DNA from: an uncultured Candidatus Binatia bacterium
GTDB taxonomy: Bacteria; Desulfobacterota; Binatia; Bin18
Direction of reading: 5' to 3'
Assembly: GCA_965247985.1 (NCBI GenBank)
Contig: OZ252051.1
Location: forward strand, 3,973,045 to 4,037,044
DNA length: 64,000 nt
The position numbers and the translations under genes are program-made. This document shows positions 45,022 through 53,470 of this stretch, piece after piece (positions within the stretch are counted from its first letter, which is position 1; every line of letters begins with the position of its first letter). The notes beneath the pieces were generated by a model. It saw nothing but the letters and a program-made list of their open reading frames with translations. It was not told the DNA's origin and searched no databases.

Positions 45022-45696
45022 ATGAGCGGTCAAGAAGCAGGGCTCAACAACGAGCTCAAGCAACAAATCGTAGCCTTCCAAAAGGAAATGCTGCCAAAGA
45101 TTCCACCGGAGATTCGTGAGGTACTGGTCCGCACGACCGAAGATCAAGTCAAATCCGGCATCACGGCCAAGGCCCTGAAAGTCGGAGACAAAGCCCCTGA
45201 CTTCACCCTGCCCAACGTGCGTGGAGAGGCGGTGACGCTTTCAAACCTCCTGGCCAAAGGACCGGCCGTCATTGCCTTTTATCGAGGCGCGTGGTGACCG
45301 TACTGCAACCTGCAGTTGCAGGCTTACCAAAAACGCTTGGCTGAGATGCAGGCGCAAGGCGCGTCCTTGATCGCCATCTCTCCCCAGACCCCGGATAATT
45401 CGTTGACTGTTGCAGAAAAGAATGAGCTTCAATTTGAGGTTCTCAGCGACGCCGGCAACGCCGTCGCCCGACAGTTCGGGCTGGCGTTTCGATTTGTTGA
45501 TGAGTTGCAGGAGACCTTTGAAAAAATGGGTATTCAACTGCCCACATACAATGGCGATGAGGCTTGGGAACTACCGATACCCGGCACCTATGTCATTGAC
45601 CAGGACGGCACCATTACGCTGGCCTATGTGGATGCAAACTATACCACCCGGCTTGAGCCAGGTGATATTCTTGACAGTCTGCAAGGGCTGAATTAA
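45022..45696 (+). CDS. Predicted selenoprotein: PRX_like2 / AhpC-TSA family thiol-disulfide oxidoreductase with Sec (UGA 45295-45297) in a W-U-P-Y-C motif
   Basis: Track ORFs 45016-45297 and 45316-45696 share one frame, separated only by TGA plus 6 codons. The joined sequence reads ...PAVIAFYRGAW-U-PYCNLQLQAYQKRL...LIAISPQ. The family normally has FYRG.WCPYCN there. A hairpin follows the UGA. Confidence 0.7.
45300..45327 (+). promoter_or_regulatory. Candidate bacterial SECIS stem-loop
   Basis: ctgcaac-ctgca-gttgcag (45303-45321), extendable by gta/tac. The loop lies 13-17 nt after the UGA and contains G. Confidence 0.5.
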
Positions 45697-45714
45697 ACGG
45701 ACGCAGGCTATTAT

Positions 45715-45738
45715 GCGGGGAGCGCTCTTGCTCCCCGC
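45715..45738 (+). terminator. 9-bp GC-rich stem-loop after the redoxin gene
   Basis: gcggggagc-gctctt-gctccccgc, 19 nt after TAA. No clear U-tract. Confidence 0.4.
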
Positions 45739-45856
45739 GAGTCATTATCCACCGTGGCACAGTCTCAATAAGAAATGGGCAATATCGCTTGTTTCCCTTG
45801 CTCTCTCTTTTCTGAAAAGTTAGTCTGAATTTTAGTCTATTGAAAGGAGAAATGAG

Positions 45857-46123
45857 ATGCCACGCAATCTTCCTTTATCTGAGGCAAAAGCGAAACTAAG
45901 CCAGATCATCGCAGATGTAGAGAGTACAGAAGAAGAAATTACCATCACCCGGAACGGGCGTCCTGCCGCTGTACTGATGAGTGCGGATGAATTCGCGAGT
46001 TGGCAAGAAACAAGAGCAATTCGTCAGGATCCCGAATTGATGCGAGAAATTAAACGTGGACTTCGGCAACTCCAGAAAGGACAACGATTCACTTTTGAAG
46101 ATATCTTTGGGGAGCCGCTCTGA
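45857..46123 (+). CDS. Phd/YefM family antitoxin
   Basis: LSEAKAKLSQIIADVESTEEEITITRNGRPAAVLMSADEFASWQET. Confidence 0.9.
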   Translation: MPRNLPLSEAKAKLSQIIADVESTEEEITITRNGRPAAVLMSADEFASWQETRAIRQDPELMREIKRGLRQLQKGQRFTFEDIFGEPL

Positions 46124-46132
46124 AGGAAGAGT

Positions 46133-46453
46133 ATGGCGAAAACGCCCCGGTATCGTATAGAAACCGCGAAAGCTGTCCGAGATGCAATCATTCACCTCCC
46201 CCCACATCTCAAACGAAGAGTGAAAGCAGCCTTTCGAGCTATCGCGGGCAATCCGCACCAGGCAAGGCCTCTCAAAGATGAATTGATATGGCTCCGAAGT
46301 TATCGGGTCGGCAGGAACCGGCTTGTCCTGCGTATCAAAGGCTCCGTCATCGAAATTATTGCCTTCGGTCCCCGGAGTAATATCTACGAACGCGCCGCTG
46401 CTGAACTCAGCATCTCATTGCGTGCCAAAGACGAAAACGACGAGAAAGGGTGA
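46133..46453 (+). CDS. RelE/ParE family toxin
   Basis: 106 aa, 10 nt downstream of the antitoxin. LKDELIWLRSYRVGRNRLVLRIKGSVIEIIAFGPRSNIY. Confidence 0.8.
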   Translation: MAKTPRYRIETAKAVRDAIIHLPPHLKRRVKAAFRAIAGNPHQARPLKDELIWLRSYRVGRNRLVLRIKGSVIEIIAFGPRSNIYERAAAELSISLRAKDENDEKG

Positions 46454-46459
46454 GCGCTC

Positions 46460-47626
46460 GTGAACGTTACCCATCTCTCTTGTTCAGCCTGTGGGGCCCA
46501 CTACGCACCCAATCAGCTCCATAACCTGTGTACCCAATGCGGGAAGCCGTTATTGGTTCACTACGATCTTGAGCGGGCTGCGACGACGTTAAAAAAAGAC
46601 AGCCTACCGGCTCGCTCTTCAAGCCTGTGGCGTTATCGGGAAGTGCTGCCCGTTATCCAAGACGACAATATCGTCAGTCTGGGTGAGGGCTGGACCCCAT
46701 TGCTGCACGCCCATCGGCTGGGTGAACAACTCGGGCTGCCGCGGCTCCATATCAAAGACGAGTCGCTCAATCCCACGGGATCATTCAAAGCTCGCGGGAT
46801 GACCGTCGCCGTCTCAATGGCAAAAGAACTCGGGGCGAAGAAGCTGGCAGTTCCCTCGGCCGGGAACGCGGCTGGCGCACTTGCCGCCTATGCGGCGCAG
46901 GCCGGACTCGAAGCCCATATCTTTATGCCCAAAGATGTTCCGTTGGCCAATCGGCTTGAGTGCGAACAGACGGGCGCACACGTCACCCTGGTTGAGGGCC
47001 TTATTACTGATTGTGGAAAGATCGTCGCCGAACGCAAAGAGCAAGAAGGCTGGTTCGATGTCTCGACCCTCAAGGAGCCCTATCGGATCGAAGGCAAGAA
47101 AACGATGGGCTATGAGCTGGCAGAACAGTGTGGCTGGCATCTGCCGGATGTCATTCTGTATCCCACCGGCGGAGGGACCGGTCTGATCGGGATGTGGAAA
47201 GCCTTTGACGAAATGGAGCGGCTCGGTTGGATCGACTCACGCCGGCCGCGCATGGTGAGCGTGCAAGCAGCCGGCTGTGCCCCCATTGTGCACGCCTTTG
47301 CAACTGGCGCGTCACACGGCGCGGAGATTCCCAGGCCACACACCGTCGCCTCAGGCTTGCGCGTACCTGCGGCGATTGGCGATTTCATTATGCTCGATAT
47401 TCTGAAAAAAAGCGGCGGCACGGCTATAAGTGTCAGCGACGAGGAACTGCTCGCCGCGGTCGGTGAAATCGGTTCAGCCGAGGGCATCTTTCCCGCACCA
47501 GAGGGCGCTGCCTGTCTGCCGGCGCTCAAGCGTCTGCTTCAGCGGGGTGAGGTCAAACCAGACGAATGGGTCGTCCTGTTTAATACCGGTTCGGGGCTGA
47601 AGTACCTGGACGTGTTGTCTGCTTAG
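46460..47626 (+). CDS. thrC: Threonine synthase family PLP enzyme with N-terminal zinc ribbon
   Basis: GTG start. Motifs CSACGAHY....[11 protein letters not shown] Lys motif [10 protein letters not shown] and [12 protein letters not shown]. Confidence 0.8.
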   Translation: MNVTHLSCSACGAHYAPNQLHNLCTQCGKPLLVHYDLERAATTLKKDSLPARSSSLWRYREVLPVIQDDNIVSLGEGWTPLLHAHRLGEQLGLPRLHIKDESLNPTGSFKARGMTVAVSMAKELGAKKLAVPSAGNAAGALAAYAAQAGLEAHIFMPKDVPLANRLECEQTGAHVTLVEGLITDCGKIVAERKEQEGWFDVSTLKEPYRIEGKKTMGYELAEQCGWHLPDVILYPTGGGTGLIGMWKAFDEMERLGWIDSRRPRMVSVQAAGCAPIVHAFATGASHGAEIPRPHTVASGLRVPAAIGDFIMLDILKKSGGTAISVSDEELLAAVGEIGSAEGIFPAPEGAACLPALKRLLQRGEVKPDEWVVLFNTGSGLKYLDVLSA

Positions 47627-47627
47627 C

Positions 47628-49313
47628 TCACGCCTCCACGTTCGAGCGCAGCACGCGGCCAGACAACGGGCCGGTCTGCTCTCCATCTGAGAACAGGAAT
47701 TGTCCGTTCAGGAGCGTATGCGCGATACCCGTCGATTTTTCGATGTAGCGCAGTCCTCCACCGGGGAAATCATGCACCGGCTCCTGTTTTCCGCAGTCGA
47801 CCGTCTCAGGATCAAATACCACCAGATCGGCGATCATACCCGCAGCGACTGTCCCGCGCAGTGGTACGCCAAAGACCTGAGCGGGGACGGACGTCAACTT
47901 CCGGATGGCCTCTTCGAGCGGTAACATCTGTTTGTCGCGCACCAGCGTTCCGAGCAGATAGGTCGAGTAGCCCGCCTCGCAGCGCATATCGGCATGTGCC
48001 CCGCCATCCGACAAACCGACCAGGGTATGCGGATGCGTGAGCATGTCTTTATTGACCTCGCCAAACTCGTACAAGAACTGCATGTCCAGATCGTCGTTGA
48101 GGGCTAGATCAAAAAACAGATCGAGCGGGTCTTTCCCCCGCTCGTGGCTCAGGCTGGCCAGGCTCTTGTCCAGCAGGGGTTGCAACTCCGGCTTGTTGAC
48201 CGTGAACACGCTCAACTGCTCCCACTGTCCGGTGAAAATACGCGGCTGTTTCAGCTCTTCACGAAACGCGGCCCGAAAGACAGGGTCGGCACACATGCGT
48301 TGCTGCTCGTCCAGAGGCCGGTCGAAGATCGGCTTCCAGCAATCAAAATTCCCAAAGATAAACGGGCGTTTCAGATTAAACCGAGCGCTCTTGTAATGAC
48401 ACGGTACTTGCCCCAGCGGCAGATAGCCCCGGTCAAAGAGCGGCACCACCCGATTGACCGCAGCCTGCCAGGCATCGGGTGGCGCCTCCGGCTTTTGCAG
48501 CAGCCCCAGCCACGTTACCGGCCGTTCACTCTGGAGTAGCAAAAAGGTCAGCAGGTCATATTCGTCATCAGACAAAAACCCCGGACTCCGCGTGAGCGCA
48601 ATCTCGATACTCCCCCGGCCGCGTTCTTTGAGCACGCCGGACAAAGCCCCCAGTTCGTCCCGGCTGGCCATCCGGCACGGCAGCGGTCGGCCCCGAAAGC
48701 CTAAGTGCTGGGGTAAGACGGTCGTCGAGAAACCAAACGCGCCAGCGTCCATAGCAGTGCGGAAGAGCCCCGTGAGTTGCCGGATCTCGTCTTCCGTTGC
48801 CGCTCGCTCCTTACTCTCCTCTCCGAGCACGTATTGGCGCAGCGGCGAGAGCGGCAGCATCATTCCTACATTCATTCCCAGCCCGTTATTGCCGAGCGCG
48901 TTGAGGTATTCGTCAAAGCCCTGCCAGGACCACCCGACTCCTTTTTGGAGGACCTCCAGGGACATGCCCTCGACATTGACCAGGTCGCCAACCAGGGCCT
49001 CCCGGTCGGCGGGTTTGCACGGCGCCAGGCCAACCCCGCAGTTCCCCATGATAATGGAAGTCACACCGTGCCAGGATGAACACGTTGCCAGCGGGTCCCA
49101 GAGAATTTGGGCGTCGTAATGGGTGTGATGGTCAATAAATCCTGGGCACACGATCAGCCCACCAATGTCGAGGACGGTGGCCGCCTGGCGGGACGGAATA
49201 GTGGGTTCAACCGCAACGATCCGATCTCCGCTCAGCGCTACGTCCGCGGCAAACCGCTCCCGGCCGGTTCCATCAATAACCGTCCCCCCTTTGAGCACTA
49301 TGTCGTAGGACAT
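47628..49313 (-). CDS. N-acyl-D-amino-acid deacylase (D-aminoacylase) family amidohydrolase
   Basis: MSYDIVLKGGTVIDGTG...GDRIVAV...PGFIDHHTHYD...GVTS...GLSDGGAH. Confidence 0.85.
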   Translation of the reverse strand: MSYDIVLKGGTVIDGTGRERFAADVALSGDRIVAVEPTIPSRQAATVLDIGGLIVCPGFIDHHTHYDAQILWDPLATCSSWHGVTSIIMGNCGVGLAPCKPADREALVGDLVNVEGMSLEVLQKGVGWSWQGFDEYLNALGNNGLGMNVGMMLPLSPLRQYVLGEESKERAATEDEIRQLTGLFRTAMDAGAFGFSTTVLPQHLGFRGRPLPCRMASRDELGALSGVLKERGRGSIEIALTRSPGFLSDDEYDLLTFLLLQSERPVTWLGLLQKPEAPPDAWQAAVNRVVPLFDRGYLPLGQVPCHYKSARFNLKRPFIFGNFDCWKPIFDRPLDEQQRMCADPVFRAAFREELKQPRIFTGQWEQLSVFTVNKPELQPLLDKSLASLSHERGKDPLDLFFDLALNDDLDMQFLYEFGEVNKDMLTHPHTLVGLSDGGAHADMRCEAGYSTYLLGTLVRDKQMLPLEEAIRKLTSVPAQVFGVPLRGTVAAGMIADLVVFDPETVDCGKQEPVHDFPGGGLRYIEKSTGIAHTLLNGQFLFSDGEQTGPLSGRVLRSNVEA

Positions 49314-49328
49314 GCTTCTCTCCTTTTT

Positions 49329-49796
49329 TTACGGGCGAGACGGCTTGTCTGTTTGCGGCCTCTTCTTAATCAGATAGGCGTGCATACCCTCAAGCACGAC
49401 CTCGTCGCGTTGATTGATAATACGGGTTGTGAGGCGCAGGACGCCGACAGCGGTCTTGGGAATCAGTTCGCTCACTTCCAGCTCGGGTTTCACGGTGTCG
49501 CCGATCAGGACCGGTTTGAGAAACCGGGAAGACTGCTCAAGAAAGGCCACCATCGACTCTTCGACCAACGGCGACAGTTCGGACGCACCCAGACAGCCCA
49601 GGGCGGTCACCAACAGCCCGTGGGTGACACGTTTGCCAAAGCGAGTGGTCTTGGCGTATTCGTCATCGTAGTGAATCGAGTGGTTGTCGCCCGTCATGCC
49701 GGAGAAAAAAAGAAAATGGGCATCGGTCAGGGTTTTGGCCGGACTCCGATAGACCTCACCAAGCTCGAAATCTTCAAAGTATTTGGTAGTTGGCAT
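49329..49796 (-). CDS. MaoC-like (R)-specific enoyl-CoA hydratase / hotdog-fold dehydratase
   Basis: FSGMTGDNHSIHYDDEYAKTTRFGKRVTHGLL. Its start abuts the RidA stop (49796/49797). Confidence 0.85.
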   Translation of the reverse strand: MPTTKYFEDFELGEVYRSPAKTLTDAHFLFFSGMTGDNHSIHYDDEYAKTTRFGKRVTHGLLVTALGCLGASELSPLVEESMVAFLEQSSRFLKPVLIGDTVKPELEVSELIPKTAVGVLRLTTRIINQRDEVVLEGMHAYLIKKRPQTDKPSRP

Positions 49797-50189
49797 CTAT
49801 TTCTCATCCAGCACGGCAATCGCATCAATTTCTATGAGCGCTTCCGGACGCAGCAGTTCCTTGACCACAATCCCGGTTGCCGCGGGGAAACCGTTTTTGA
49901 AAAACTCGCGGCGGACCTCGGCTGTGCCGCGATAGCCTTCCTTGGTGGTGATATAGTCCACGGTCTTGACGATATCGTCAAAGCTCGCTCCGGCTGCGTC
50001 CAGGATCTTGCCGATCTTCTGAAAGATCTCGCGCGTTTGGACAACAATATTACCCTCGCCCACGACTTCGCCTTTTGCGTTGAACGCGGTTAGGCCGGAA
50101 ATAAACAACAGATTCCCCTTGCGCACCGCCGGCGAGAACGTATAGCGCTGGTCAAAGCCCCAGGGATCAACGATTTCAAGTTTCGGCAT
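49797..50189 (-). CDS. RidA/YjgF/L-PSP family protein
   Basis: Start MPKLEIV 9 nt after GAGGAGA. Motifs LLFISGLTA, QTREIFQKIGKILDAAGASFDDIVK and IEIDAIAV. Confidence 0.85.
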   Translation of the reverse strand: MPKLEIVDPWGFDQRYTFSPAVRKGNLLFISGLTAFNAKGEVVGEGNIVVQTREIFQKIGKILDAAGASFDDIVKTVDYITTKEGYRGTAEVRREFFKNGFPAATGIVVKELLRPEALIEIDAIAVLDEK

Positions 50190-50230
50190 GGATTGGTTTC
50201 TCCTCTCGTCCACTCTCGCTTATCTTCAAT

Positions 50231-50782
50231 TCAACCGTGCGCGACACGCTGAAGAGGCGGTCCGTCCAATTCAAGCTGGACCGCAATTTCGGCCAGCGCC
50301 TCTTCGGCGCGGCCACGAAAATCCTCAGGCTTTTCCCCGGCCTTGATGTGCGGAATGACCACGATGGGAATATCCGGCATGGCCATGGCTTTGGCTTGAT
50401 CCTGGGCCGCAACGAGAAAGGTATCAAAAGTCACGGCAACGGCTCGCACCCCCCGCTTCCACAGTTTTGCTGAGTCGAGCATACAGCCCGACGTACACGA
50501 CCCTCACGCGCACAGGCCGACAACGGCCTGCTGCGACGCTGCGGCGACCTCGTTAATCAACTGCTCGGGCGAAGGACGGGTAAACATCGGCTTGCGCCAG
50601 ATCGACACCTTACTCACGGCCGGCTTCGCCTCCAGGAGTTCCTTGAGTCGTTCAAAAAACATCCCGGCGATCTCATTGCCAAAGCCATTGTTCACCAATC
50701 CGATGACACGGCCTGCAGCGTTCCTATCGATTTTCTTTTCGGCAAATTGTCGTCGGACTCCGACGGGGCTGAGTACCCGCAT
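50231..50782 (-). CDS. Predicted selenoprotein of the UGSC family (Sec at UGA 50504-50506)
   Basis: Track ORFs 50504-50845 and 50231-50482 are in one frame. The joined sequence reads ...QQAVVGLCA-U-GSCTSGCMLDSAKLW...IPIVVIPH. Start MRVLSPVG (50782) lies 6 nt after GAGGT and 8 nt after the upstream stop. Confidence 0.7.
50474..50501 (-). promoter_or_regulatory. Candidate SECIS stem-loop downstream of the UGSC UGA
   Basis: On the minus strand: GUCGUGUACGUCGGGCUGUAUGCUCGAC. The outer stem is GUCG/CGAC, continued by GUA/UGC-type pairs, with a G-rich apical region. It starts 3 nt after the UGA. Folded by eye only. Confidence 0.35.
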
Positions 50783-50790
50783 ATGGCACC

Positions 50791-51843
50791 TCACTGACTG
50801 TGTTGAATTTCCTTGGTCACGGCAAATCCACCCAGTCCACCCCAACCTGGACAGATCGCCGCGAAATACGTTTCTCCTCCAGCCACCACAATGTGAATGT
50901 TACGGGGCCGCTCGGTGATGGGCACCCGGTAGTCGTCATTATCCTTCTCCACCCAACTCGGCCAAAACTGGTCTGATATCCCAAGGGCGTCCACTGCTCG
51001 AATGTCCCCCAGCCGGGCCCGGGCGTGCTCCCACAGGTAGACCCGAATCTCAGGCTTGGACCAGCCTTCACGCTGAAACTGGCGCGCCTGCCAGGGATTC
51101 AGCACAACCAGGGTTTCACCCATGGCTTGGACATTATTACTGCCCAAGCCGCTGAGCGAGCTAACCAGTGAGGCCAGCATCTGTGCGACCGTGCCGTAGC
51201 ATAACACCGAGTGAGGGGCCTCACAGCTAAACACGGTCACGGCATTTTTACCGGCTTCGATCCCACGCTCAACGTGCAGCGGTTCCCACGGATTCGACTC
51301 TTCCTTTTCTGCAATACAAAAGCTCCACTTGCCGGGGTGGGCCTGGGTGGACTTATCTACCTCACCGGGGATATTGCCGCCCAGATTCCAGAGGAGCAGA
51401 CGGATGGCACGGCCAACAGTCCCGTTGGCCCGGAAGCCGTTACCAAACACACCGTCGCTGGCATTGAACTTGAGTTCTGTAGCAATCGGACCGTTGACGA
51501 TGGTCAGCGGCACACAACTATGGGTGGTGGTCTGCACGCCGTTGAGATTGTGTTCCGGCTCCAGCATGGCCTCGACCGCAGCGATAATAATCGGAAAGTA
51601 TTCAGGCCGACAGCCGGCCATGACACTGTTGACCGCCAGTTTTTCAATAGTGGCAATGCCTTGAGCCGGCGGAATCTCGCCCAACTCTTCTTGCGGGTCA
51701 CGCCCGGAGGCTTTGATCGTTGCCTCGACCAGTTCTTCAGTCGGCGGCACGATAGCCAAGCCATCGGTCCAGCCGCGCTCAAAGAACAACTCGACCGCGG
51801 CGTGGTAGTCTTCAACGTCAATCGGTTCGGATGTGAACTGCAT
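50791..51843 (-). CDS. Conserved-looking hypothetical protein (350 aa), first gene of the UGSC operon
   Basis: Globular, with no TM segment or signal peptide. Clean ORF with Cys-containing segments (MAGCRPEYFP, THSCVPL, FSCEAPHSVLCYG, FAAICPGWGG). I recognise no family. Confidence 0.6.
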   Translation of the reverse strand: MQFTSEPIDVEDYHAAVELFFERGWTDGLAIVPPTEELVEATIKASGRDPQEELGEIPPAQGIATIEKLAVNSVMAGCRPEYFPIIIAAVEAMLEPEHNLNGVQTTTHSCVPLTIVNGPIATELKFNASDGVFGNGFRANGTVGRAIRLLLWNLGGNIPGEVDKSTQAHPGKWSFCIAEKEESNPWEPLHVERGIEAGKNAVTVFSCEAPHSVLCYGTVAQMLASLVSSLSGLGSNNVQAMGETLVVLNPWQARQFQREGWSKPEIRVYLWEHARARLGDIRAVDALGISDQFWPSWVEKDNDDYRVPITERPRNIHIVVAGGETYFAAICPGWGGLGGFAVTKEIQHSQ

Positions 51844-51939
51844 ATCCCCTCCGGCCAGTCTTCTGATGTCTACACAGCCGGAAGGGACAGCGTCAAGGGT
51901 TTACCTCGCCTGCCGCGCGCCTCAAGACCTTGAGAGCAA

Positions 51940-52275
51940 TCACGCCGCCAGCATTTTCTCGTTGCAGGTATAGATCGTGACATCGGGAATGCGGGCGAAA
52001 TCCGTATCTGTGGTCGCAATGATGGAGACCTCATGGTCCTGCATAATAGACCAATGATAGGCGTCCCGAGGCAGTAAGAGGTGACGGTCCACTGTTTTGA
52101 GGGCCGTCTCATATGAACCTGCTTCTGTTTCGATAAAGGAGATATGCGGTAACTGCTCAAGCCTTTTTGTAAACGCTCGCAACTTCCGCAATATTGGTTT
52201 GAAACGGTCAGGCTCTTCTCGATACACTTCCCAAAAAGTTTTCGGAGCATGAAGCTGTTCGGTTTCGAGCTTCAA
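51940..52275 (-). CDS. PIN-domain-like protein (possible VapC toxin, atypical N-terminus)
   Basis: C-terminal pattern RDAYHWSIMQDHEVSIIATTDTDFARIPDV resembles PIN. The usual N-terminal D(T/S)N motif is absent. TTG start overlaps the upstream stop. Confidence 0.45.
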   Translation of the reverse strand: MKLETEQLHAPKTFWEVYREEPDRFKPILRKLRAFTKRLEQLPHISFIETEAGSYETALKTVDRHLLLPRDAYHWSIMQDHEVSIIATTDTDFARIPDVTIYTCNEKMLAA

Positions 52276-52394
52276 TAAGATGTACCACGTTCTCGTACAA
52301 AGCGGTCCAACAGGAAAAGCAGAGTCTGCTGGTTCTCCTGGGCGAGTCGCTTCAGTGTGCGATGGAGCGCGTCGTCAACGTAGACAGATTTCAT
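52272..52394 (-). CDS. 40-aa ribbon-helix-helix-like antitoxin candidate (not in ORF track)
   Basis: MKSVYVDDALHRTLKRLAQENQQTLLFLLDRFVRERGTSY. Its TGA overlaps the TTG of the PIN-like gene. Confidence 0.4.
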   Translation of the reverse strand: MKSVYVDDALHRTLKRLAQENQQTLLFLLDRFVRERGTSY

Positions 52395-52415
52395 GTCATT
52401 TTCTCTTCGCAGCAT

Positions 52416-52439
52416 TATTTTAGCTATTCAGCTAAAATA
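52416..52439. promoter_or_regulatory. Perfect 10-bp inverted repeat (operator candidate) upstream of the antitoxin
   Basis: tattttagct-attc-agctaaaata, 22 nt upstream of the ATG at 52394. Confidence 0.45.
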
Positions 52440-52734
52440 AACAGGAATGCACGGAAAAGAGGCTTTACTCATGTCGATGCTCTTATTGGCAGGGGTATAT
52501 ATCTCTGCGTTGCCGCATACTCGCAAATCCGCAGGGGCTCCCGTGTGGTACACAATCGACACAAATTCGCGATCAAGGTGGCGAGGGTGTATGAGGTATA
52601 GCGAGGGGTATCATAAGTTCCTGGAAAAATTGACCTTTTCCGCTTGCCCGTATGATATGGAAACACGTTACAGCCAAAACTGGATAAGAAGAGAGAATCT
52701 TTCCTTTGTCAAGTGGTGCCATATGTGTTACTAA

Positions 52735-53001
52735 TTGCCCGTGGCCGAAGTCCGAGAATATCTTACCGACCGAGGGCAGAGCCCGTATGCAAATTGGTTT
52801 TATCGACTCAATGCCCCAGCGGCGGCCAAGGTCGCAGTAGCCTTGACTCGTATAGAACAGAGCAATTTCTCGAATGTCAAAGGGGTTGGTGGGGGCATCT
52901 TTGAATACAAGATTGACTTTGGACCTGGCTACCGAGTGTATTTCGGTAAGGACGGAGAGACGCTGGTTATTCTGCTCGGTGGAGGAACGAAGAAACAATA
53001 A
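52735..53001 (+). CDS. Addiction-module killer protein (RelE/ParE superfamily, HigB-like), truncated by an in-frame TAA
   Basis: EYKIDFGPGYRVYFGKDGETLVILLGGGTKKQ, then TAA (52999-53001). The same frame continues as QKDIVTAKSLWQDYKRRKRLES to a TAG at 53068-53070, 2 nt before the antidote ATG. Confidence 0.7.
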   Translation: MPVAEVREYLTDRGQSPYANWFYRLNAPAAAKVAVALTRIEQSNFSNVKGVGGGIFEYKIDFGPGYRVYFGKDGETLVILLGGGTKKQ

Positions 53002-53072
53002 CAAAAGGACATCGTGACAGCAAAATCCCTTTGGCAAGACTACAAACGAAGAAAAAGGCTGGAGAGCTAGCT

Positions 53073-53390
53073 ATGCCGTTAACACGGAGCTTTAAGGAAA
53101 CTATTCAGGCACGAGTGCACAGTGATCCCGCCTTCCGGGACGCGCTTTTGAGGGAAGGGGTGGAGTCCTTACTCGCAGGAGATGTCGAGACGGGGAAGGC
53201 GGTACTTCGTGACTATATCAATGCGACAATTGGCTTTGAGGCGTTAGGTACACTCGCGAATAAGCCTGCAAAGAGCCTCATGCGCATGTTTGGGCCGCGC
53301 GGCAATCCACAAGCAAAGAATCTCTTTGAAGTGATTGGGCATTTGCAGAAACAAGAAGGAATTCAACTGGAAGTGCACGCCGTGCGCTAG
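53073..53390 (+). CDS. Addiction-module antidote protein (HigA family HTH)
   Basis: MPLTRSFKETIQARVHSDPAFRDALLREGVESLL.GD...GKAVLRDYINATIGFEAL.....K.AKSLMRMF...GNP. Confidence 0.8.
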   Translation: MPLTRSFKETIQARVHSDPAFRDALLREGVESLLAGDVETGKAVLRDYINATIGFEALGTLANKPAKSLMRMFGPRGNPQAKNLFEVIGHLQKQEGIQLEVHAVR

Positions 53391-53470
53391 AGCGTCTATA
53401 CCCAACGGCAAAAATTGAATCGGCCTTTCACAAGGCCATCAAGGGAATCCGCAGAATCTGGCCCAGGTCG

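Noticed and set aside
49107-50093. 328-aa ORF on the plus strand
   Set aside because: It runs antisense across three well-supported minus-strand genes (D-aminoacylase start, MaoC, RidA). It has no motifs and is a GC-rich antisense artefact.
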